The notes beneath the pieces were generated by a model. It had not been told where the DNA came from and ran no database searches. It worked only from the letters and a program-made list of their open reading frames with translations. DNA of 63,455 nt, filler included, from Diploschistes diacapsis (lineage: Eukaryota), in the NCBI GenBank assembly GCA_023645945.1. It is 9 parts of 9 records of this genome, joined end to end, with 100 filler letters (N's around TTAATTAATTAA, not from the genome) between each part and the next. Parts side by side here need not be neighbours in the genome. Positions count along the whole stretch, not along the records: positions 13,758 to 18,236 come from JALAIB010001698.1; positions 18,337 to 22,814 come from JALAIB010001699.1; positions 22,915 to 49,742 come from JALAIB010000170.1; 6 more parts are not named here. One strand, 5' to 3'. The position numbers and the translations under genes were made by a program. This document shows positions 14,170 through 26,781 of this stretch, piece by piece (position 1 is the first letter of the stretch; the number at the start of each line of letters is the position of its first letter).

Positions 14170-15984
14170 ATGGGCATGTCAAAGTCAACCCGGATTCTGA
14201 TCCTGCTAGGAATCGATTCGGCGTTTTTCCTTCTTGAGCTCATTGTAGGTGAGTGCGATCAGTTCATAATCTTTCCCCGTGGTTGTTACTAACTATTTCA
14301 AGGCTCTGCAGTTCATTCTTTGGCCCTCGTTGCAGACTCTTTCCACATGGTAAGAACCCCTTACAAAACTACGACCTACGAGCTCACTATGGCTAGCTGA
14401 ATGATGTAATATCATTACTGGTAGGACTCTGGGCCGTCAGGGTCGTTGGTCAAAAGACTGAATCGAAGAGATATACGTATGGTGTATGTTTAAGCTCTAT
14501 CAGGCCTAATTTGCCATGCACTTACGTTCGTGTAGTGGCAAAGGGCGGAGACGCTTGGTGCTCTTGTGAATGGCGTTTTTCTCGTCGCTCTCTGTTTGTC
14601 CATATTCTTGGAGGCCATCCAGCGCTTTGTGGAGCCTCAAGAAGTTTCGCAGCCAAAGCTGGTGTTCGTAGTTGGTTGTTTGGGACTGGCTTCAAATATA
14701 CTGGGACTTGCTCTCTTTCACGATCACTCCCACGGTCATGGTGGTCATGGTCAGGAGCACGAGCGCGGGACACAGAATGAGCAATCAGCAGCCGAGCAGG
14801 GTCAAAGCAAGAATGTGGATCAGGGTACAAATGCGATGTCTAGCGAAGACGGCAATATTGCCGATGTTCTCCCACAAAGCGTGGTGGGAAATTGGTCAAA
14901 ACCGACAACAAATCTGGACTCGAGTAACAATAATGGCCCACGAGACTTCAATAGCAACGGCAAAAGCGTAGTCACTGCCGCAGACAACTCAACGCATTCT
15001 GTGCGTAGGGAGACATCATCAGCAAGTGCTAACAGAAACACCGGCCACCGAAGTCGGAGAAGTGGCTCTCATACCCGATACTCGAGCATGGGAGAGGCAC
15101 CAGTACACTGGCACCCGGCAAGCTTCAGAAATGAAATTATCGCCGCAGGAAGGCTTGAAGAGGTTGAGTCAGCAACTGCGAATGAGTCTGAAGACGAAAG
15201 CGAAGGAGATCTACCTAAACAGTCAACGGAGACGACACCAATGCTGAAGGGCATCCAGAAGCCAAGCTACGTTAATGGTCAGCGTGGCCATACACATACA
15301 AGCCACAAGCATCGGCAGCCAAAGCCTAGTGAAAGGAACTCGCATGGAGATCTCAACATTCGCGGGATATTCTTACACGTGATGGGCGATGCACTTGGCA
15401 ATGTGGGCGTCATTGCAACTGCCCTGATTATATGGCTCACAGATTACTCGTGGCGCTTCTACTTCGACCCACTGATCTCACTGGTAATTACAGTCATCAT
15501 CCTTTTCTCGGCTCTGCCACTCTGCCGAGCCGCATCGCGCATACTTCTCCAAGCTGTTCCTGCTGGCCTGGAAATAGACGATATCAGAGAAGACATTGAG
15601 AGTCTCGATGGCGTCGTATCATGTCACCACCTCCACGTGTGGCAGCTAAGCGACACGAAGCTGGTGGCATCATTGCATGTGCAACTAGGCATCGATTTCG
15701 AAGGGGCTGGGAAGCAAGAGTATATGCGGCTTGCAAAAGAAGTCCGCACTTGCCTCCATGAGTACGGCATCCATTCTTCCACAATACAACCAGAATTTTG
15801 CCTAGATGAGGCACATAATCACGCAGCAAACAGCCCGCCTTCTAGTGACGGCCAGGCTACCGCAAACAGGACTCAGGATACATGCCTGCTTGATTGCAAT
15901 GACGCATGCGTTGAAGCCACCTGCTGCGAGCCAGGTGCCACCGCGAAGACTCCTCGTGGTTCTTCGTCTAACCATGGGCATTAA
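14170..15984 (+). CDS. ZRC1: CDF-family vacuolar zinc/cobalt transporter (4 exons)
   Basis: SLALVADSFHM-LND, YTYG-WQRAETLGALVNGVFL, His-rich loop HDHSHGHGGH, LNIRGIFLHVMGDALGN, HSSTIQPEF. Confidence 0.93.
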
Positions 15985-16190
15985 AGAATTCAAGTTCAAT
16001 GGATTTTAGCTTTGTCGTCCAATTAATTTGGATGCACCCAGTGGTGTAAGTGCTGGCGTTTGGGAGCAAAACAGGCCAGGCAATTAGGTGTGCTGCCTTG
16101 CACAAGGTGCATAAGCAACCATGGTCGTGGGCAACCTTGGAAAGCCTATCCAGAAGTTATAGAGACTAGGCTAAAGAGGGGATGTCCAAC

Positions 16191-17030
16191 TTAGTGCGTA
16201 TTCCGTAGGTTGATAACGACGACTATGATAAACAGGGCCGCAAGCAACTACACATACTCAGCAAGTGATCCCAATATCTAGCCAAAAGAAAGACTGACTA
16301 TCAAACCAGCCAATCCTGCTGTGCATACTTCCCACCCTCCGGTATAAGCTTTGGCCCTAGCCATGGCGTTCTGCTGCCTCCAGAAGCGGAACGCTCCCGA
16401 AAGCGCGACAATGGTGGCAAAGGACATGCAGGTAATGGCCATTACTTTACCATAGGGTGAGGAGACGGTTGAGCTAGAACCGTTCTGGTTCTGAAGCAGG
16501 AAAAGTTGTTGAACGGTGGTCCCAAGCGTTGCAAAGGCAGATGAAGTTCTTAAATAAGCGAGATATGTCCGTTCATTAGCTAGAAGAAGGGAATTAGCAT
16601 AGTCTATGAAAATTCAGAGTAATAATCGTTCTTTGCGGACTGAAACATGGAAGCAAGTGACATTCAGCCATTTAGGCATCATGCTTGTGGACCCAAACCT
16701 ACCGAAATGGTCCCTGCAATCGTTGTGCGATACAACGATGGATATTTGTCTTCTCCAGAATACTCTAGCTTTTCCCACAAATTTTCGTAATACTGTGTTG
16801 TTACCTCCAATACTTATGGTTGTCGTATTGGATGATGGGCCACACTTCCTAGAGCGATGTCCTGTTGTACTGAGCTCATAGTATTCAGGTTGTGCGCCGT
16901 TTATGTTTCGATTAGATTCGGTGGTGCTATCGGAGACCTGTGGCTGCGCCGGTACCTCTCGGTTGAGATTGGTAGACATGATTTCTGCAGACCTAGGCAT
17001 AAATTGGGAGCCTCCTTCCCAATTGCTCAT
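16191..17030 (-). CDS. DUF202 (YidH-like) small membrane protein, about 3 exons
   Basis: CRDHF-ANERTYLAYLRTS signature split by an intron, then hydrophobic helices and GAFRFWRQQNAM; start codon uncertain. Confidence 0.8.
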
Positions 17031-17329
17031 TCGAGTTGGTCATGAAATAGCCCGAAGTACACGTGGTGGCAGCTCGAACAGGGAAACATACGGGAGTACA
17101 TGCATCGATGCATATCAAGATCGACCGGAAGTGAAGCACAAACCCGGCTATAATAAAGAGTTTTGAGGAGGAAGAGAGTGAGTGAGACTTCCGTGGTGCC
17201 GCGGCTTGTCTTATTCTGCCTACTGTAAAATTGTGTAACATATTTGATGGCGCCCTAGTGATGCATTCTGCCTAGTTCGCTGTGGCTCTGCCAGGTACTT
17301 AGATCTCTATATAATTTGCATATCAGTTA

Positions 17330-18236
17330 CAGAAAAACGCAGAACTATATAAAATTAAATATAAAATAAATATAATTTAATTATTATTGTTGAAAGTGGA
17401 AGTGGGGGCACTAAATAGGCAGTAATGACTAGTAAAATAAGTAGCTTGCATACAATAACAATGTACACCTGATTATTACTAGTAATCAATATTACCTAGT
17501 AATCTCACTCCAACATTGTTTGTCCCACAATCCAGTATCCATAGACCAAAACATTGGATCTAATTATCCAACATTTATTGGATCCATGGACCAAATATTA
17601 TTGGATTAATAATTCAATAATCCAATCATCGTTCCTAGTAGCCTCTAGTTACTAGTAGAGCAATTGATCATTGCTAGTAGAATCCACGATAGTGTTCTAT
17701 TAGGTTCTAGACCAGTCTAGAGCCTTCAGGAACCTTCGGGTCCACTAGTTGCTTCGTCAGACCACTAACCTATTTGGGTTAATAATCTGACCAGTTAGAA
17801 TGTTAAAATTAAAAATAATAAAAAAAGTAGGCTGGCCGTTTCGTGCCACGGTCACTGACACGGACACTGCAGCAAAAATTTTTAAAACACGGACACTGAC
17901 ACGGACACGACAGTTAAAATTTTAAAACACGGATACTGACACGGACATTATATTATAATAAAAGCACGGACACGGATACTATAATTAAAAATTTTAAAAC
18001 ACTAACATTAATACGGACATTACATTTCCGTAAATCCACCGAAACATTACGGTAAATCCACCGAAACACTATAATAAAAAATTTTTAAAAAAATAAAAGC
18101 GTAAGAAATAAACGTGATAATTCCAGAATTATTAAAATTAAAAAAATAATTTAAAGTGTTTCGATAAATACACGGACACGGATATTATAATAAAAAATTT
18201 CTCGATACGGACACTGACACGGATACTACATTATAA
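17330..18236. mobile_element. AT-rich DNA-transposon terminal debris with ACACGGACACTG-type subterminal repeats
   Basis: About 10 degenerate copies of CACGGA(C/T)ACT at 17845-18230; ATTGGAT/ATCCAAT repeats at 17530-17625; same repeat family at 54418-54482. Confidence 0.7.
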
Positions 18237-18336
18237 NNNNNNNNNNNNNNNNNNNNNNNNNNNNNNNNNNNNNNNNNNNNTTAATTAATTAANNNNNNNN
18301 NNNNNNNNNNNNNNNNNNNNNNNNNNNNNNNNNNNN

Positions 18337-18393
18337 TAGTGATTTAAGGTGGCCGGACTCTGGGGGTGGCCGGACTCACCGTCAAACACGTTA
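18337..18393. mobile_element. Right end of a Fot1/pogo-like element
   Basis: Doubled GGTGGCCGGACTC internal repeat ending in ...AAACACGT followed by TA. Confidence 0.55.
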
Positions 18394-18837
18394 TATAAAC
18401 GCGATCGCAATGACTGATTATAAAAAATAAATATTAAAGACAGAAAATTTATAATTAAGGTAACTATTATAATTAAAATCTACTTCAATTTATTAGCAAA
18501 CTACATATAAAAGGAAGTACTGCTTATTCATCGTGATGTCATGTAAGATATCCAAAATTTCGGTCAGAATAATTGCTCTGGTTTAACCTTGAAAGAAGGG
18601 CCTCTTATTTCATAACCTAACTGAAATAAGCTTAGCGTAAGATATTGAAACGGATGTGAAAGGAATAGTCATCTTTTTGTGTCGGAGGGCTTACGGGTGA
18701 GGTAGAACCTTCTAGATATTAACATGCAAATATAGTCCTGCGATTCGCTTAGGAACTAGCAAATGACAAAGAACAATTTCTATACACCACAACGGACATA
18801 CAACTGATAGACCTTCTCGAAATCCCCGCTGGAACGC

Positions 18838-20018
18838 TCAGACTGTCTTCCTGCACCTCTTCGTCTGAAGGCCCTGCGCCGCAGTTACAGAACGCCCCCT
18901 CTTGCCGAGAACACTAACACTGGACTTGCTCTCCTTCAACCTGGTCAGCATGCCTTTTCGTTCTAGGGACGCCCAGGACCTGACATTTGCCACAGCCTTA
19001 AGCGCCTCCCAACACGAGTCCGGCTTCTTCAAACTATAGAAAGCCAATTCCGTCACAACATAGTCGTACCGCTCAAGACGTCTGGTTCTGTGGATACAGT
19101 ATATGGTCAAGGTCTTGGAAAAATGATAATAGGTTGCACATATTGTGTGGGCCTTCTCGTCAAAAGCCTCCTCTTCCCTTAAGCAATGCTTGCGTATGGC
19201 GTCCATTGCACGACCGCCATACACCAGGTTATTTACTGCTTGGTTTTGTAGCGTCATGTCTTTACCTGATTTCCCTTTCGCTTCGAAAAAGAAGTTTGGC
19301 AGCCAAGGCGCGGTCTTGTCAGTCGCTGGCATCAGGAGAAGACGCTGCTCCTCTGTGAACTGATTCCGTTTCAAAATCTTGGACTCCTCGCCTTCGTAAT
19401 AGTCTGGCTTGGGTTGCGTCAACAAAGCCGAGAATTTTGAGTCCTTAGAGAACAACTGTTCCTGTGTGGCTACGAGGCCTTCGATAGGAACCCTGAATAA
19501 CAATGGGCCGATATTTGCTAACACGTCGGCCTCACCCCTAAGTTTTACACTTTCCTGCAAGCTCTTGGTAAGGCTATCGAAATCCACCTTCGCCAGACCT
19601 GGATGCTCTTGCTTGAGCATGAATTGAAGCTCTCCAAAATTTCTGGGCTCCCCCGCGTCATCTTCAGGATAGGCTATTCTGAGCTCATTCATTGCTTGCT
19701 GAAACTCGGGAGCATTCGGTGAGATAGTCCCCAGCATCGACGAACCATGCTGGACCATTCTCGTAGCCTATGTTTTTGTCAGCCGGCGTTCTTATTCAAC
19801 TGAGCGGTCTAACTGTATATCGAGCGCATGGACCTCCTTACCATACAAAATGAATCGCCTATGTCGTTCAAAGCCTCATTTGCAGCCGGCTTACGTGTCT
19901 TCTCATGAACATATAGCGTGAGCGGCCACAGTCTGTTCCAGGAGGATTTGATTATGATTGTTGCAAGTGAATGGTACCGTACTGGTATGCTAGAGGGAAG
20001 TGCCATTATAAAGACCAT
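18838..20018 (-). CDS. Putative PD-(D/E)XK-like nuclease-fold protein (fungal 'KPD..G / PNFFLEAKG' family); main exon 18838-19767, probable upstream exon
   Basis: TQPKPDYYEG...LPNFFFEAKGKSG...NQA...YGGRAM; basic NLS-like tail GKRGR...KRCRK. A GTAAGG..CTGAC..TAG intron (about 19768-19841) joins ORF 19809-20021 in frame. Confidence 0.65.
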
Positions 20019-20308
20019 CAAGATAGCTTTCCTTATGGTACAAGTTTACGAAGAAGAATGTTTGATCGCAAAACCATCTAAGAAGTTTTGCCTTGCCTTA
20101 CCTGCATTTTATCCTACTATATCCTTCACTAATTTCCTTACCTAAGAACAAAGAAATCGTGTCGTGCGGTGAAGTTTTGCCTTTCTCTAACTTATCAACA
20201 AAGAAACTGCTGTCTTGCGGTGGGCAGAACGTGGATGCATTCGGATGGGTACAGCTGCCACTAATAACATAAGAGCAATCGCATTCCAAAATACATGATT
20301 TTCCGAAG

Positions 20309-21450
20309 ATGGCTTGCTCCATAACTTTTGTAAGAATGCACGATACAATAACTGTGGACTGAAGTTGATATACGGTTTAGGACTTGTTCATCTTGAATAA
20401 CTATAAGCTGGGAAAGAGGATTGGTACAGGCGGTTGTGCCACGGTATATGAAGGTACTCACTTGCATTCCTAGAATGTATGAAGGTATGGGATTTTGATT
20501 GTCACTAGTCACAGACAAGTCAGGAAAGCAATATGTTGCTAAACTCGAGTACTGGGGCGATTTTCCAGGGCTTTTTCAGTCCCCACTTGAGAATGAACGT
20601 TGTCAGTACCGTTCCTTGGTCAACTGCTACGGCGTTCCACAAGTGTATCAGTTCGGACCACAGGATGTCTACAATATCTTGATTACAGATCGCCTCGGGT
20701 CAAGTCTTGATCGGCTGCTCCAGGACTGCAAAGGCCATTTCTCTTTACGCACTACTTTACTGATTGCAGATCAACTTCAACGACGATTGCAATCCATTCA
20801 CAAACGGGGAGTGGTCCATTCTGACATCAAGCCTAGCAACTGTGCGGTGGGAATTGGCAGAGCGAGTCATCTAATACACCTTATTGACTTTGCAAACGGT
20901 AGAGCGTTAGAAGAAGACCAAGACGCAGAGGAAGGAAAACGAAAACGAGATGGACTTGGGGCCAGCCCTCTGTTTGCAGGTACGCCAGAGTATGCCAGTC
21001 TCAGTCTGCACAGGGGCGATGGTGAGTAATGTCGGAAGAGTTGGTTATACGATATCTGACAGTTTTTGAGGTGCATCGGCATACGACGATCTTGAATCAC
21101 TCGGCTACATGCTTGTTTCGTTCATGAAAGAATTGCCCTGGGGTGGGATCAAAGACCACAAAGAAGTTTTTAAACTGAAGAGGGACATGTCTGTATATGA
21201 ACTTTGTTCTTCGCTCCCTCCAGCGTTCGGACTCTTCTTGGAAGTAGTACGAGAGAGAAGGCCGACGCGCGTGCCCAACTACTCGGGCCTGCGCAAGCTT
21301 TTCTCCGACCTGTTCCGCAAGGAAGGTCACAGCTATACCCTCCGCCATTTTGATTGGTCGTCTCCGGGAGAGCCCGCGGCCAAGCATACGCCCGGCATTA
21401 ACGAAGGTATGCGGCGTATACGCAGGGGTAAGATACGGAAACGGCCTTGA
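20309..21450 (+). CDS. Divergent casein kinase 1-like Ser/Thr kinase (4 exons)
   Basis: MACSITF|DLFILNNYKLGKRIGTGGCATVYE|VTD..YVAKLE..LGSSL..HSDIKPSN..LIDFAN..GTPEYASL..YDDLESLGY..LPW; introns about 20330-20380, 20453-20507, 21022-21070. Confidence 0.82.
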
Positions 21451-23864
21451 ATCAGGGACGGGCGATTGTCGGATATCAGTTGTCCTGGTGGTACCTCGAG
21501 CCGCACAGATGATACAGAGACTATATGGTTCGCAGGTTGGCTTAAAGATCTATGTATGTATAACATACTTTCTTCTAGTGCTATCGACATCAAAAATTCC
21601 TTCTGGCGGCTGCGTCGCGCTGCTGATAAGATAGGAATAGTAATGGCGACTGACGCCGACGACCTGCCTTTGCGTAGTCACCTGACCCTGGCGTTGGATC
21701 CTGTTGTCAGTTCAAAGTCGATGTACCTCAGCCTCCAATAACTTTGGCACTTTAGTGCCGTGATGTACCTTTCGTGATCCGTTTATTGTCCTCTAGGACG
21801 ATGGTAAAAAGTGAACCGGCATGATGGCGCTGGAGAGCGTCATCCTGCGTATAACACGTCTCGTAGCCAGTTACTGAAGTCGATAAGCGAGGCAGTCGAG
21901 GCAGTCGATGCGCCCTGTTATTCAAAAGGGTCGGACGCACCAGACACCGATTTTACGGTTGACGAGGCCAGGCATCTTGTAGCCTCGATGTAGTCGTAGA
22001 TTGACCACATTACCAGCATTAAAAGAATTGTTGTGTGTTTACGACCAGCCAATGTTCTTTATTTCTGTGGCCGCAGCGCTGACGGCGTCGGCAGTGTCAA
22101 TGCCAGTACTTCTTCTGCTGTTGGAACAATGTGTCATTTTCCGATGACGTGGATCTGTGGTTTTCATGCCAGACAAAACCTCAGCGGATGTCAATGAACT
22201 GGCCAGTGTCTGCGACTGCCTGAGCCTGCCAACGGCAGCAGCGGCAGCTATAGCAGGCAATGGACCGTAGTACTGCTTTCTTTGGTGCAGTATCATGGTT
22301 CTGAAGTTGACTCGTCGCCACCTCCAACGTCTCCTCCCGCGCTGCTGCCGCGCGCGAGGGGCGTTTCGTCAAGGACGCCTCTGACATGTACCGTAACCGC
22401 AGATGAAATCGAAAGCTGCAGGTGATGCTGGGACTTACACAATTCCAGCGGATATGGAAGGTCGAGCGGGCGCCAGCGATGCACAGGGAATCAAGCCTGC
22501 CATCACGAAATAAATCCATCCGAGAGGGGAGGCCCGCCAATAATATCGAGAGAGAGTGAGGGAAAGCGCCGATCGTATGCAAAGAAATGTAAACGGAATA
22601 GTTAAGCTTTCGAGCCGAATTCGACAATCATTACATCGATAAGTCAATAGTAATCACCGAGGCGATTCAGGAGCACCACCTGCTCCCTACCCCGGTCACA
22701 TATAGTGTGTCTGCCAAGCTGTTTAGCTCATAACTAGTTCTCATAATAATTAATATACATTATATATACGAGCTATATTGCGTTATAAACGTGTTATCTC
22801 CGATACATTTATATNNNNNNNNNNNNNNNNNNNNNNNNNNNNNNNNNNNNNNNNNNNNTTAATTAATTAANNNNNNNNNNNNNNNNNNNNNNNNNNNNNN
22901 NNNNNNNNNNNNNNGGGGGGCCTGGCTGCGTTGGCGGCGGCGTGGCGGACGACGAAGATTAGGGAAGAAGGAGAAGGGGGTTGGAGCGAGGAAGGGCGGC
23001 GAGCGGAGGACGGGGAAGCGTGAGAGGGGTGCGGAATGGCTCGTGCCAGGGCGCATCCTCGGAGGGTTTTTTTCAAGTTTTTTTTTTGGGGGGGGAGGGA
23101 TGCGTGAGGACGGCTTCGGAGGCCAGAATGCGATTTAAGGAATGCGGGGGGTTTTGAGGTGTTGGGGGCCTTGATCATGGGCAGCGTGTAGGCGCGGCGC
23201 GCGATCTCGACGTTGGTTATTTGTGAGGATCGCGGTTGCAGCATGTCGCTGCCATGCTGTACGTTCGTCTCCTTGGTGGCTTTTGCGGCTTGCGCACTTA
23301 ATATGTATACCTAGGATAGTAAATGCGTTTTTCCGGGAGCGAAGACGACAAGTGCATGGGCTGCTTCTTGGGATCCATTGATCCCTTTATCTCTCAAAAC
23401 CGTCTTCATCTTCTTTTATGCAGCATCATCTCAGACGCGCAAAGCCGTCATGTTGTAGATGAGCTGAGGCAGTAATCGGCACCCTTGACAAGTTTTTTCA
23501 TCCATGTTTTATCAGCGGCAGTAGAGTTCAAGGTAGCGTTGGCGGAGCCCGGAGATGGACCCTACCAGCATGTACAGGCACGTGGACATGCAATGAGTGC
23601 GTGCATAGCACAAAGCTGTTTCTATAGTCGCTTATGGAGTCGCTTCGATCAGTCAGTCGAGCCAGGCAATCCTAGTACAAGCACCAACGCGGCCCCTTGG
23701 GCGGCGCAGTTCCTTCTGAAGCCAAACATTTTTATACACAGCATTTACCCATGCTCTTGCAAACCACATGCCCCTTTCGAACATCCTGTCGTGCGTTGCC
23801 ATGCCAGTAGCCTCACTTCCCATTGCGCCTGCGAACCACGTTCTCTCTTAACCCTGTACATACA

Positions 23865-25835
23865 TCAACCAAACCTAGATTTTCGCTCGAGCTGCGCGTC
23901 ACGCTTGGGTGAGTGCGTAATGATTGGTTGCCCGCATCCGGTTCGACCAAAAATTCTGGCAAGGCCCGCAGTTGTTGCCCATTGTAGGGAACTGTCCAGG
24001 CTAGACTGTGAGTACAGCATGTGTCGGACGCGGTGATGGCGATGCGGCGAGGAGTCTAGAAGGCTTAGCATGAATCGTAATTCTTTAAAAGTGGACGCAA
24101 CGCACTTCAAAATTTCAAAGCTGTCGTATTTACCCAGGTAAGGGTCTCCCCTGCGAAAGGCTCTGAGTAGCTTCTCCGGCTGTGGAACATTGAGGCACCT
24201 CGTCCCTACAAGCCGCGTGATGCCGACAGCCGTCTTGAACATTGGGTCCAAAACGAGGAGGTTCATGTTGCCGCTCTTACGGACTTCAAGGCCAACAATG
24301 GTCAGAGAATGGCCTGGTCATCATTTAGTCGTCTGCAAAAGGTCGGCGCTGGGGTAGAAAGGACGATACCGGGATGCTGAAAGTAGACTGGAGCCAGGCC
24401 TGTTTGATACACTTTCTGCGACGGATCAATTACGCCGGTAGAGAAATAGTCTAGGACAGCCTCGAGGACCCGATGATGAACGTAAGCTTCGGTATCTGCC
24501 GGATTCCGAGATCTGTCGAAGGCAACCGCTTGGCAGCTACAATCCATAAGGTTAAGCTATCAAGCGTGCGTGGAGTCCGCTTACCCAATACCGAGGCTGC
24601 AGAGAAGAGCTTGAGCCTGCATTGGAGTGAGGGATCAGACCAGGCTGGAGTGCTTCTTGTGTGCTCACCTCCGGAGTCCCGATATACTTCCTCGTCCCTC
24701 GAATGCCGCCCGTCTCGACTCTACCGGAACTGTTGAAGCCTTGATCCCACGCCGCCTCAATCATGTCTTGCAAGAGGGGTATAGAGGGCGTATGCTCCGG
24801 AAAGTGGTGGTATCCAGGGAATTTGGTATCCTGCACAAAAGACAGTAGCATCTGAATGTTACGATAGCCGCAGAAGCCGCCCTCGCGTGGCGTTTTGAAA
24901 ACATGCTTCACACTCGGATGACAGAGGAATACTTTCGACAAGGAGTGATCTTGAGCGCACAGCTGCGCAAGGACAGGGATGATGGCAGGAGTTTCGTTGG
25001 CCACTCTCTCAACCTGTACGATCTTGCCACCGGGGCCAATAGCGTTGTTCAGACTGACTTTTGCGCCACGGTCGAGTTGCTTGAAGAGCCAAGCAGGCAT
25101 TCTTTCCTCGTAGGCATGGGGTCCCAGCTCAGCTTTCTGCATAATGCTCAGTCAGGCCGAAGGCATTGGCAACGGGGGACATACTCCTAGCCTACGAACG
25201 GTCCCGGTTCTGGCCTTGGCTTCGGCGGGGCGAGTTTTCCGTGGAGCAGGGCCAAGTAGAAGATCCTTGAAGTTACGCAATGGGGAGCCTTCGCGACGTC
25301 TCCTTGGCTCGGGATCATCGGGGACGGTGAGTTGTTCGCCAGATCGACGGCTAGACGGTCGACGCTGAATCGAGGTATCAAGCATTGACCGACCCATACT
25401 GCTCGAGCGTCTGCCAAATGGGACGGGGGAAGTGTGCCTACTTGAGCCGGCACCGTCGAACTCATCGAAGCCTTGACTCTCAATGTCGTGAAGGTCCATG
25501 TGGTCTTCGAGTTCCCTTATATGTACGGCTTCACCACACCTGAGGGGACATTCGACGTAGAAGTCCCTGTCAGCATGCTCGGAAGTAGGTGCAAGGTTGT
25601 TGCTCCGGCTGCCCCTTCCTGCTGGAGACCGTGATCTTGCATTCGACGTGGAACGCTTGCGTTGCCCCAGAGGACTGGCATCTCGAGCAATAAAGGGAGA
25701 TTCGCCATTTTCGGGATGCGATAGTTCCAAGTGCTGCAACAGCATGTAAAGGTCGTCCTCTTCATGTGACGGAGCGGTATAAGGGCAGAAGGGGCATGTT
25801 GGACCGCAGTCTCTAGGTCGACGAAGGCTTGACAT
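23865..25835 (-). CDS. Peptidase C78 family (ZUFSP/Mug105-like deubiquitinase) with N-terminal zinc fingers, 4 exons
   Basis: CPFC..HLELSH and CPLRC..HMDLH fingers; catalytic GFCGYRNIQML, GTRKYIGTPE, YFQHPG-HSLTIVGLE, LLVLDP. Confidence 0.87.
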
Positions 25836-26781
25836 GGTTCAAAAAATTTACCCCTATTTGAGAGATACGGAGCAACTCTCATAACACATGGTATAGGAGC
25901 AAAAGCAACGTAGCTTTCTTGAGGATCACTAAGTCAGGATGGGGTACTATGGAGCCTCGTGCGTCGCAGCCTCTTGGAAGAATTATTGGACCCGTCACGA
26001 GTGTCTAAACAGGTCTACCGCCATATACATGTATAGATGGACATTTTGAGATGAACACAGAAAGCAGGCTACAGATTGCAGTCCCCGTGCGGTAGATACA
26101 CGACATGTGACTGACTGAACTGACGTGTAAAGCAACCACCCAACAACATCTGGGCAGTGATTGCTGCCAACACCTCTTGCACTGCGAAATGCTAGCACTC
26201 TCATACACTAAGCAAATGTGTATGCTGCCATCTCCTTCTTTGTTTGCTAATTATTACTGTACCTCTTACGTCTTCTTATACTACTGGATGTGTGTAGAGA
26301 TACCTCCGGGGCTCCAAGAAGTATACCGAGTAATAGGTATCAGTACTAGTAGGTATTGCTGGAAGTACAGAGTACTATCACTTCCACAATCTGTACAAAA
26401 TAGAAAGGACAGCACGCTCACTACTAGTTGTTGGAAGCTTTGTATTGTAGAGAATCTACTATGGGTGAAAAACATGCTTGATTCATTGTCGTGTCCCTGT
26501 CAGTCATATCGTGCCTTCAGTTCGAGCGTTCGACCTCTGTACAGCGCATGGCCTGGGCAGAGTTCAGACTATCAGACGCCATTGTCTTGAGCCTCCAGAT
26601 GCTGCACCTGTTTTTCCCGGCACGATGAAAGGAACACAAAGGTCTCAAGTCATGGTCTCAATCTAGATAGATCTTGCTTGAGCATCGAAGCTTGGAAAGA
26701 TCCATGTGCCAGAACACGGAATCGCTACTACCACGGCTGCCACAACTATCCGGCGTAGGTGGCAGATACCTGTACCCGCTC

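Noticed and set aside
17845..18230. CRISPR-like repeat-spacer look of the CACGGACACT array
   Set aside because: Eukaryotic context; repeats are short and irregular, spacers resemble each other, no cas genes; fits transposon subterminal repeats.
18337..22814. Calling this contig a Starship element
   Set aside because: No DUF3435 tyrosine-recombinase captain or boundary repeats are visible; it can only be candidate cargo.
22915..23380. Minus-strand ORF 22867-23244 at the contig start
   Set aside because: Low-complexity, crosses homopolymer runs and has no recognisable motif; may be UTR or a truncated gene but cannot be supported.
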